From the human T2T-CHM13v2.0 reference genome, Homo sapiens: a stretch of DNA of 64,000 nucleotides. The notes below the pieces were generated by a model. The model did no database searches. It was not told the origin of the DNA and saw only the letters and a program-made list of their open reading frames with translations. The stretch lies in NCBI RefSeq assembly GCF_009914755.1, contig NC_060936.1; one strand, given 5' to 3'. This document shows positions 27,331 through 39,400 of this stretch, piece by piece (the stretch's first letter is position 1; each line of letters starts with the position of its first letter). A program made the translations under genes and the position numbers.

Positions 27331-30300
27331 TCCCGTTTCCAACGAAGGCCTCAAAGAGGTCCAAATATCCACTTGCAGACTTTAGAAACACAGTGTCTCC
27401 AAACTCCTCCATCAAAAGAAAGGTTATACTCTGTGAAATGAACGCACACATCAGAAAGTAGTTTCTGAGAATGATTCTGTCTAGTTTTTATACGAAGATA
27501 TTTCCTTTTCTACATTTGGCCTAAAAGCGCTTGAAATCTCCACCTGCAAATATCACAAAAAGAGGGTTTCACATCTGCTCTGTCTAAAGGACAGTTCACC
27601 TCTGCGAGTTGAATAGAGGCAACACAAAGAACTTACTCAGTATTCTTCTTTCTAGCGTTCCATGAAGAAATCCCGTTTCCAACGAAGGCCCCAAAGAGGT
27701 CCAAATATCTGCTTGCAGACTTTACAGACAGAGTGTTTCCAAACTACTCTATGAAAAGAAAGCTTAAACTCCTTGAGTTGAACGCACACATCACAAAGTA
27801 GTTTCTGAGAATAATTCTGTCTAGTTTTTATACGAAGATGTTTCCTTTTCTACATTTGGTCTCAAAGCGATTGAAATCTCCAACTGGAAACTGCACAAAT
27901 AGGGTGTTTCAAATCTGCTCTGTCTAAAGGAAGGTTCAACTCTGTGAGTTGAATACACACACCACAAATAAGTTACTGAGAATTCTTCTGTCGAACATTA
28001 CAGGAAGAAATCCCGTTTCCAACGAAGGCCTCAAAGAGGTCCAAATATCCACTTGCAGACATTACACACAGTGTGTTTCCAAACTTCTCCATCAAAAGAA
28101 AGGTTAAACTCTGTGAGCTGAACACACACATCAAAAAGAAGTTTCTGTGAATGATTCTGTCTAGATTTTATAAGAAGATGTTTCCTTTTCTACCGTAGGC
28201 CTCAAAGCGCTTGAAATCTCCAGCTGCAAATTCCACAAAAAGGGTGTTTAACATCTGCTCTTCTAAAGGAAAGTTCAACTCTATGAGTTGAATACACACA
28301 GCACAAAGAAGTTACTGAGACTTCTCCTATCAAACATTATATGAAGAAATCCCGTTTCCAACGAAGGCCTCAAAGAGGTCCAAATATCTGCTTGCAGACT
28401 TTACAGACAGAGTGTTTCCAAACTGCTCCATCAAAAGAAAGGTTAAACTCCTTGAGTTGAACACACACATCACAAAGTAGTTTCTGTGAATGATTCTGTC
28501 TAGTTTTTATACGAAGATATTTCCTTTTCTACCTTTGGTCTCAAAGCGATTGAAATCTCCACATGGAAACTCCACAAAAAGAGTGTTTCAAATCTGCTCT
28601 TTCTGAAGGAAGGTTCAACTCTGTGAGTTGAATACACACACCACAAATAAGTTACTGAGAATTCTTCTGTGTAACATTATATGAGGAAATCCCGTTTCCA
28701 ACGAAGGCCTCAAAGAGGTCCAAATATCCACTTGCAGACTTTACAAAGACAGTGTCTCGAAACTCCTCCATCAAAAGAAAGGTTATACTCAGTGAATTGA
28801 GCGCACACATCAGAAAGTAGTTTCTGAGAATGACTGTCTAGTTTTTATACAAAGATATTTCCTTTTCTACATTTGGCCTAAAAGCGCTTGAAATCTCCAC
28901 CTGCAAATATCACAAAAAGAGGGTTTCACATCTGCTCTGTCTAAAGGACAGTTCACCTCTGTGAGTTGAATAGAGGCAACACAAAGAACTTACTCAGTAT
29001 TCTTCTTTCTAGCGTTCTATGAAGAAATCCCGTTTCCAACGAAGGCCCCAAAGAGGTCCAAATATCTGCTTGCAGACTTTACAGACAGAGTGTTTCCAAA
29101 CTACTCTATGAAAAGAAAGCTTAAACTCCTTGAGTTGAACGCACACATCACAAAGTAGTTTCTGAGAATGATTCTGTCTAGTTTTTATACGAAGATGTTT
29201 CCTTTTCTACATTTGGTCTCAAAGCGATTGAAATCTCCAACTGGAAACTGCACAAATAGGGTGTTTCAAATCTGCTCTGTCTAAAGGAAGGTTCAACTCT
29301 GTGAGTTGAATACACACACCACAAATAAGTTACTGAGAATTCTTCTGTCTAACATTACTTGAAGAAATCCCGTTTCCAACGAAGGCCTCAAAGAGGTCCA
29401 AATAACCACTTGCAGACATTACAAACAGAGTGTTTCCAAACTGCTCCATCAAAAGAAAGGTTAAACTCTGTGAGCTGAACACACACATCAAAAAGAAGTT
29501 TCTGTGAATGATTCTGTCTAGATTTTATAAGAAGATGTTTCCTTTTCTACCGTAGGCCTCAAAGCGCTTGAAATCTCCAGCTGCAAATTCCACAAAAAGG
29601 GTGTTTAACATCTGCTCTTCTAAAGGAAAGTTCAACTCTATGAGTTGAATACACACAGCACAAAGAAGTTACTGAGACTTCTCCTATCAAACATTATATG
29701 AAGAAATCCCGTTTCCAACGAAGGCCTCAAAGACGTCCAAATATCTGCTTGCAGACTTTAAAGACAGAGTTTTTCCAAACTGCTCCATCAAAAGAAAGGT
29801 TAAACTCCTTGAGTTGAACACACACATCACAAAGTAGTTTCTGTGAATGATTCTGTCTAGTTTTTATACGAAGATGTTTCCTTTTCTAGCTTTGGTCTCA
29901 AAGCGATTGAAATCTCCACATGGAAACTCCACAAAAAGAGTGTTTCAAATCTGCTCTTTCTGAAGGAAGGTTCAACTCTGTGAGTTGAATACACACACCA
30001 CAAATAAGTTACTGAGAATTCTTCTGTGTAACATTATATGAGGAAATCCCGTTTCCAACGAAGGCCTCAAAGAGGTCCAAATATCCACTTGCAGACTTTA
30101 CAAAGACAGTGTCTCCAAACTCCTCCATCAAAAGAAAGGTTATACTCTGTGAATTGAACGCACACATCACAAAGTAGTTTCTGAGAATGATTCTGTCTAG
30201 TTTTTATACGAAGATATTTCCTTTTCTACATTTGGCCTAAAAGCGCTTGAAATCTCCACGTGCAAATATCACAAAAAGAGGGTTTCACACCTGCTCTGTC

Positions 30301-33300
30301 TAAAGGACAGTTCACCTCTGTGAGTTGAATAGAGGCAACACAAAGAACTTACTCAGTATTCTTCTTTCTTGCATTCTATGAAGAAATCCCGTTTCCAACG
30401 AAGGCCCCAAAGAGGTCCAAATATCTGCTTGCACACTTTACAGACAGAGTGTTTCCAAACTACTCTATGAAAAGAAAGCTTAAACTCCTTGAGTTGAACG
30501 CACACATCACAAAGTAGTTTCTGAGAATGATTCTGTCCAGTTTTTATACGAAGATGTTTCCTTTTCTACATTTGGTCTCAAAGCGATTGAAATCTCCAAC
30601 TGGAAACTGCACAAATACGGTGTTTCAAATCTGCTCTGTCTAAAGGAAGGTTCAACTCTGAGTTGAATACACACACCACAAATAAGTTACTGAGAATTCT
30701 TCTGTCGAACATTACTTGAAGAAATCCCGTTTCCAACGAAGGCCTCAAAGAGGTCCAAATATTCACTTGCAGATATTACAAACAGAGTGTTTCCAAACTG
30801 CTCCATCAAAAGAAAGGTTAAACTCTGTGAGCTGAACACACACATCAAAAACAAGTTTCTGTGAATGATTCTGTCTAGATTTTATAAGAAGATGTTTCCT
30901 TTTCTACCGTAGGACTCAAAGCGCTTGAAATCTCCAGCTGCAAATTCCACAAAAAGGGTGTTTAACATCTGCTCTTCTAAAGGAAAGTTCAACTCTATGA
31001 GTTGAATACACACAGCACAAAGAAGTTACTGAGACTTCTCCTATCAAACATTATATGAAGAAATCCCGTTTCCAACGAAGGCCTCAAAGAGGTCCAAATA
31101 TCTGCTTGCAGACTTTAAAGACAGAGTTTTTCCAAACTGCTCCATCAAAAGAAAGGTTAAACTCCTTGAGTTGAACACACACATCACAAAGTAGTTTCTG
31201 TGAATGATTCTGTCTAGTTTTTATACGAAGATGTTTCCTTTTCTAGCTTTGGTCTCAAAGCGATTGAAATCTCCACATGGAAACTCCACCAAAAGGGTGT
31301 TTCAAATCTGCTGTTTCTGAAGGAAGGTTCAACTCTGTGAGTTGAATACACGCACCACAAATAAGTTACTGGGAATTCTTCTGTGTAAAATTATATGAGG
31401 AAATCCCGTTTCCAACGAAGGCCTCAAAGAGGTCCAAATATCCACTTGCAGACTTTACAAAGACAGTGTCTCCAAACTCCTCCATCAAAAGAAAGGTTAT
31501 ACTCTGTGAATTGAACGCACACATCACAAAGTAGTTTCTGAGAATGATTCTGTCTAGTTTTTATGCGAAGATATTTCCTTTTCTACATTTGGCCTAAAAG
31601 CGCTTGAAATCTCCACCTGCAAATATCACAAAAAGAGGGTTTCACATCTGCTCTGTCTAAAGGACAGTTCACCTCTGTGAGTTGAATAGAGGCAACACAA
31701 AGAACTTACTGAGTATTCTTCTTTCTAGCGTTCTATGAAGAAATCCCGTTTCCAACGAAGGCCCCAATGAGGTCCAAATATCTGCTTGCAGACTTTACAG
31801 ACAGAGTGTTTCCAAACTACTCTATGAAAAGAAAGCTTAAACTCCTTGAGTTGAACGCACACATCACAAAGTAGTTTCTGAGAATGATTCTGTCTAGTTT
31901 TTATACGAAGATGTTTCCTTTTCTACATTTGGTCTCAAAGCGATTGAAATCTCCAACTGGAAACTGCACAAATAGGGTGTTTCAAATCTGCTCTGTCTAA
32001 AGGAAGGTTCAACTCTTTGAGTTGAATACACACACCACAAATAAGTTACTGAGAATTCTTCTGTCGAACATTACAGGAAGAAATCCCGTTTCCAACGAAG
32101 GCCTCAAAGAGGTCCAAATATCCACTTGCAGACATTACAAACAGAGTGTTTCCAAACTGCTCCATCAAAAGAAAGGTTAAACTCTGTGAGCTGAACACAC
32201 ACATCAAAAAGAAGTTTCTGTGAATGATTCTGTCTAGATTTTATAAGAAGATGTTTCCTTTTCTACCGTAGGCCTCAAAGCGCTTGAAATCTCCAGCTGC
32301 AAATTCCACAAAAATGGTGTTTAACATCTGCTCTTCTAAAGGAAAGTTCAACTCAATGAGTTAAATACACACAGCAGAAAGAAGTTACTGAGACTTCTCC
32401 TATCAAACATTATATGAAGAAATCCCGTTTCCAACGAAGGCCTCAAAGAGGTCCAAATATCTGCTTGCAGACTTTACAAAGACAGTGTCTCCAAACTCCT
32501 CCATCAAAAGAAAGGTTAAACTCCTTGAGTTGAACACACACATCACAAAGTAGTTTCTGTGAATGATTCTGTCTAGTTTTTATACGAAGATGTTTCCTTT
32601 TCTACCTTTGGTCTCAAAGCGATTGAAATCTCCACATGGAAACTCCACAAAAAGAGTGTTTCAAATCTGCTCTTTCTGAAGGAAGGTTCAACTCTGTGAG
32701 TTGAATACACACACCACAAATAAGTTACTGAGAATTCTTCTGTGTAACATTATATGAGGAAATCCCGTTTCCAACGAAGGCCTCAAAGAGGTCCAAATAT
32801 CCACTTGCAGACTTTACAAAGACAGTGTCTCCAAACTCCTCCATCAAAAGAAAGGTTATACTCTGTGAATTGAACGCACACATCACAAAGTAGTTTCTGA
32901 GAATGATTCTGTCTAGTTTTTATACGAAGATATTTCCTTTTCTACATTTGGCCTCAAAGCGCTTGAAATCTCCACCTGCAAATATCACAAAAAGAGGGTT
33001 TCACATCTGCTCTGTCTAAAGGACAGTTAACCTCTGTGAGTTGAATAGAGGCAACACAAAGAACTTACTCAGTATTCTTCTTTCTAGCGTTCTATGAAGA
33101 AATCCCGTTTCCAATGAAGGCCCCAATGAGGTTCAAATATCTGCTTGCAGACTTTACAGACAGAGTGTTTCCAAACTACTCTATGAAAAGAAAGCTTAAA
33201 CTCCTTGAGTTGAACGCACAGATCACCAAGTAGTTTCTGAGAATGATTCTGTCTAGTTTTTATACGAAGATGTTTCCTTTTCTACATTTGGTCTCAAAGC

Positions 33301-33442
33301 GATTGAAATCTCCAACTGGAAACTGCACAAATAGGGTGTTTCAAATCTGCTCTGTCTAAAGGAAGGTTCAACTCTGTGAGTTGAATACACACACCACAAA
33401 TAAGTTACTGAGAATTCTTGTGTCGAACATTACTTGAAGAAA

Positions 33443-36400
33443 TCCCGTTTCCAACGAAGGCCTCAAAGAGGTCCAAATATTCACTTGCAGATATTACAAA
33501 CAGAGTGTTTCCAAACTGCTCCATCAAAAGAAAGGTTAAACTCTGTGAGCTGAACACACACATCAAAAAGAAGTTTCTGTGAATGATTCTGTCAAGATTT
33601 TATAAGATGTTTCCATTTCTACCGTAGGACTCAAAGCGCTTGAAATCTCCAGCTGCAAATTCCACAAAAAGGGTGTTTAACATCTGCTCTTCTAAAGGAA
33701 AGTTCAACTCTATGAGTTGAATACACACAGCACAAAGAAGTTACTGAGACTTCTCCTATCAAACATTATATGAAGAAATCCCGTTTCCAACGAAGGCCTC
33801 AAAGAGGTCCAAATATCTGCTTGCAGACTTTAAAGACAGAGTTTTTCCAAACTGCTCCATCAAAAGAAAGGTTAAACTCCTTGAGTTGAAAACACACATC
33901 ACAAAGTAGTTTCTGTGAATGATTCTGTCTAGTTTCTATACGAAGATGTTTCCTTTTCTACCTTTGGTCTCAAAGCGATTGAAATCTCCACATGGAAACT
34001 CCACAAAAAGATTGTTTCAAATCTGCTCTTTCTGAAGGAAGGTTCAACTCTGTGAGTTGAATACACACACCACAAATAAGTTCCTGAGAATTCTTCTGTG
34101 TAACATTATATGAGGAAATCCCGTTTCCAACGAAGGCCTCAAAGAGGTCCAAATATCCACTTGCAGACTTTACAAAGACAGTGTCTCCAAACTCCTCCAT
34201 CAAAAGAAAGGTTATACTCTGTGAATTGAACGCACACATCACAAAGTAGTTTCTGAGAATGATTCTGTCTAGTTTTTATACGAAGATATTTCCTTTTCTA
34301 CATGTGGCCTAAAAGCGCTTGAAATCTCCACCTGCAAATATCACAAAAAGAGGGTTTCACATCTGCTCTGTCTAAAGGACAGTTCACCTCTGTGAGTTGA
34401 GTAGAGGCAACACAAAGAACTTACTCAGTATTCTTCTTTCTAGCGTTCTATGAAGAAATCACGTTTCCAACGAAGGCCCCAATGAGGTCCAAATATCTGC
34501 TTGCAGACTTTACAGACAGAGTGTTTCCAAACTACTCTATGAAAAGAAAGCTTAAACTCCTTGAGTTGAACGCACAGATCACAAAGTAGTTTCTGAGAAT
34601 GATTCTGTCTAGTTTTTATACGAAGATGTTTCCTTTTCTACATTTGGTCTCAAAGCGATTGAAATCTCCAACTGGAAACTGCACAAATAGGGTGTTTCAA
34701 ATCTGCTCTGTCTAAAGGAAGGTTCAACTCTTTGAGTTGAATACACACACCACAAATAAGTTACTGAGAATTCTTCTGTCGAACATTACTTGAAGAAATC
34801 CCGTTTCCAACGAAGGCCTCAAAGAGGTCCAAATATCCACTTGCAGACATTACAAACAGAGTGTTTCCAAACTGCTCCATCAAAAGAAAGGTTAAACTCT
34901 GTGAGCTGAACACACACATCAAAAAGAAGTTTCTGTGAATGATTCTGTCTAGATTTTATAAGAAGATGTTTCCTTTTCTACCGTAGGCCTCAAAGCGCTT
35001 GAAATCTCCAGCTGCATATTCCACAAAAAGGGTGTTTAACATCTGCTCTTCTAAAGGAAAGTTCAACTCAATGAGTTGAATACACACAGCCCAAAGAAGT
35101 TACTGAGACTTCTCCTATCAAACATTATATGAAGAAATCCCGTTTCCAACGAAGGCCTCAAAGAGGTCCAAATATCTGCTTGCAGACTTTACAAAGACAG
35201 TGTCTCCAAACTCCTCCATCAAAAGAAAGGTTATACTCTGTGAATTGAACGCACACATCACAAAGTAGTTTCTGAGAATGATTCTGTCTAGTTTTTATAC
35301 GAAGATATTTCCTTTTCTACATTTGGCCTAAAAGCGCTTGAAATCTCCACCTGCAAATATCACAAAAAGAGGGTTTCACATCTGCTCTGTCTAAAGGACA
35401 GTTCACTTTTGTGAGTTGAATAGAGGCAACACAAAGAACTTACTCAGTATTCTTCTTTCTAGCGTTCTATGAAGAAATCCCGTTTCCAACGAAGGCCACA
35501 AAGAGGTCCAAATATCTGCTTGCAGACTTTACAGACAGAGTGTTTCCAAACTACTCTATGAAAAGAAAGCTTAAACTCCTTGAGTTGAACGCACACATCA
35601 CAAAGTAGTTTCTGAGAATGATTCTGTCTAGTTTTTATACGAAGATGTTTCCTTTTCTACATTTGGTCTCAAAGCGATTGAAATCTCCAACTGGAAACTG
35701 CACAAATAGGGTGTTTCAAATCTGCACTGTGTAAAGGAAGGTTCAACTCTGTGAGTTGAATACACACACCACAAATAAGTTACTGAGAATTCTTCTGTCG
35801 AACATTACTTGAAGAAATCCCGTTTCCAACGAAGGCCTCAAAGAGGTCCAAATATCCACTTGCAGACATTACAAACAGAGTGTTTCCAAACTGCTCCATC
35901 AAAAGAAAGGTTAAACTCTGTGAGCTGAACACACACATCAAAAAGAAGTTTCTGTGAATGATTCTGTCTAGATTTTATAAGAAGATGTTTCCTTTTCTAC
36001 CGTAGGCCTCAAAGCGCTTGAAATCTCCAGCTGCAAATTCCACAAAAAGGGTATTTAACATGTGCTCTTCTAAAGGAAAGTTCAACTCTATGCGTTGAAT
36101 ACACACAGCACAAAGAAGTTACTGAGACTTCTCCTATCAAACATTATATGAAGAAATCCCGTTTCCAACGAAGGCCTCAAAGAGGTCCAAATATCTGCTT
36201 GCAGACTTTACAGACAGAGTGTTTCCAAACTGCTCCATCAAAAGAAAGGTTAAACTCCTTGAGTTGAACACACACATCACAAAGTAGTTTCTGTGAATGA
36301 TTCTGTCTAGTTTTTATACGAAGATGTTTCCTTTTCTACCTTTGGTCTCAATGCGATTGAAATCTCCACATGGAAACTCCACAAAAAGAGTGTTTCAAAT

Positions 36401-39400
36401 CTGCTCTTTCTGAAGGAAGGTTCAACTCTGTGGGTTGAATACACACACCACAAATAAGTTACTGAGAATTCTTCTGTGTAACATTATATGAGGAAATCCC
36501 GTTTCCAACGAAGGCCTCAAAGAGGTCCAAATATCCACTTGCAGACTTTACAAAGACAGTGTCTCCAAACTCCTCCATCAAAAGAAAGGTTATACTCTGT
36601 GAATTGAACGCACACATCTCAAAGTAGTTTCTGAGAATGATTCTGTCTAGTTTTTATACGAAGATATTTCCTTTTCTACATTTGGCCTAAAAGCGCTTGA
36701 AATCTCCACCTGCAAATATCACAAAAAGAAGGTTTCACATCTGCTCTGTCTAAAGGACAGTTCACCTCTGTGAGTTGAATAGAGGCAACACAAAGAACTT
36801 ACTCAGTATTCTTCTTTCTTACGTTCTATGAAGAAATCCCGTTTCCAACGAAGGCCCCAAAGAGGTCCAAATATCTGCTTGCACACTTTACAGACAGAGT
36901 GTTTCCAAACTACTCTATGAAAAGAAAGCTTAAACTCCTTGAGTTGAACGCACACATCACAAAGTAGTTTCTGAGAATGATTCTGTCCAGTTTTTATACG
37001 AAGATGTTTCCTTTTCTACATTTGGTCTCAAAGCGATTGAAATCTCCAACTGGAAACTGCACAAATAGGGTGTTTCAAATCTGCTCTGTCTAAAGGAAGG
37101 TTCAACTCTGTGAGTTGAATACACACACCACAAATAAGTTACTGAGAATTCTTGTGTCGAACATTACTTGAAGAAATCCCGTTTCCAACGAAGGCCTCAA
37201 AGAGGTCCAAATATTCACTTGCAGATATTACAAACAGAGTGTTTCCAAACTGCTCCATCAAAAGAAAGGTTAAACTCTGTGAGCTGAACACACACATCAA
37301 AAAGAAGTTTCTGTGAATGATTCTGTCAAGATTTTATAAGATGTTTCCATTTCTACCGTAGGCCTCAAAGCGCTTGAAATCTCCAGCTGCAAATTCCACA
37401 AAAAGGGTGTTTAACATCTGCTCTTCTAAAGGAAAGTTCAACTCTATGAGTTGAATACACACAGCACAAAGAAGTTACTGAGACTTCTCCTATCAAACAT
37501 TATATGAAGAAATCCCGTTTCCAAAGAAGGCCTCAAAGAGGTCCAAATATCTGCTTGCAGACTTTAAAGACAGAGTTTTTCCAAACTGCTCCATCAAAAG
37601 AAAGGTTAAACTCCTTGAGTTGAAAACACACATCACAAAGTAGTTTCTGTGAATGATTCTGTCTAGTTTCTATACGAAGATGTTTCCTTTTCTACCTTTG
37701 GTCTCAAAGCGATTGAAATCTCCACCTGCAAATATCACAAAAAGAGGGTTTCACATCTGCTCTGTCTAAAGGACAGTTCACTTTTGTGAGTTGAATAGAG
37801 GCAACACAAAGAACTTACTCAGTATTCTTCTTTCTAGCGTTCTATGAAGAAATCCCGTTTCCAACGAAGGCCACAAAGAGGTCCAAATATCTGCTTGCAG
37901 ACTTTACAGACAGAGTGTTTCCAAACTACTCTATGAAAAGAAAGCTTAAACTCCTTGAGTTGAACGCACACATCACAAAGTAGTTTCTGAGAATGATTCT
38001 GTCTAGTTTTTATACGAAGATGTTTCCTTTTCTACATTTGGTCTCAAAGCGATTGAAATCTCCAACTGGAAACTGCACAAATAGGGTGTTTCAAATCTGC
38101 ACTGTGTAAAGGAAGGTTCAACTCTGTGAGTTGAATACACACACCACAAATAAGTTACTGAGAATTCTTCTGTCGAACATTACTTGAAGAAATCCCGTTT
38201 CCAACGAAGGCCTCAAAGAGGTCCAAATATCCACTTGCAGACATTACAAACAGAGTGTTTCCAAACTGCTCCATCAAAAGAAAGGTTAAACTCTGTGAGC
38301 TGAACACACACATCAAAAAGAAGTTTCTGTGAATGATTCTGTCTAGATTTTATAAGAAGATGTTTCCTTTTCTACCGTAGGCCTCAAAGCGCTTGAAATC
38401 TCCAGCTGCAAATTCCATAAAAAGGGTATTTAACATGTGCTCTTCTAAAGGAAAGTTCAACTCTATGCGTTGAATACACACAGCACAAAGAAGTTACTGA
38501 GACTTCTCCTATCAAACATTATATGAAGAAATCCCGTTTCCAACGAAGGCCTCAAAGAGGTCCAAATATCTGCTTGCAGACTTTACAGACAGAGTGTTTC
38601 CAAACTGCTCCATCAAAAGAAAGGTTAAACTCCTTGAGTTGAACACACACATCACAAAGTAGTTTCTGTGAATGATTCTGTCTAGTTTTTATACGAAGAT
38701 GTTTCCTTTTCTACCTTTGGTCTCAATGCGATTGAAATCTCCACATGGAAAATCCACAAAAAGAGTGTTTCAAATCTGCTCTTTCTGAAGGAAGGTTCAA
38801 CTCTGTGAGTTGAATACACACACCACAAATAAGTTACTGAGAATTCTTCTGTGTAACATTATATGAGGAAATCCCGTTTCCAACGAAGGCCTCAAAGAGG
38901 TCCAAATATCCACTTGCAGACTTTACAAAGACAGTGTCTCCAAACTCCTCCATCAAAAGAAAGGTTATACTCTGTGAATTGAACGCACACATCTCAAAGT
39001 AGTTTCTGAGAATGATTCTGTCTAGTTTTTATACGAAGATATTTCCTTTTCTACATTTGGCCTAAAAGCGCTTGAAATCTCCACCTGCAAATATCAGAAA
39101 AAGAAGGTTTCACATCTGCTCTGTCTAAAGGACAGTTCACCTCTGTGAGTTGAATAGAGGCAACACAAAGAACTTACTCAGTATTCTTCTTTCTTGCGTT
39201 CTATGAAGAAATCCCGTTTCCAACGAAGGCCCCAAAGAGGTCCAAATATCTGCTTGCACACTTTACAGACAGAGTGTTTCCAAACTACTCTATGAAAAGA
39301 AAGCTTAAACTCCTTGAGTTGAACGCACACATCACAAAGTAGTTTCTGAGAATGATTCTGTCCAGTTTTTATACGAAGATGTTTCCTTTTCTACATTTGG

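Noticed and set aside
30578-30766. 62-aa minus-strand ORF
   Set aside because: It is a chance frame in a B dimer, associated with a private 2-bp deletion at ~30660 and a SNV.
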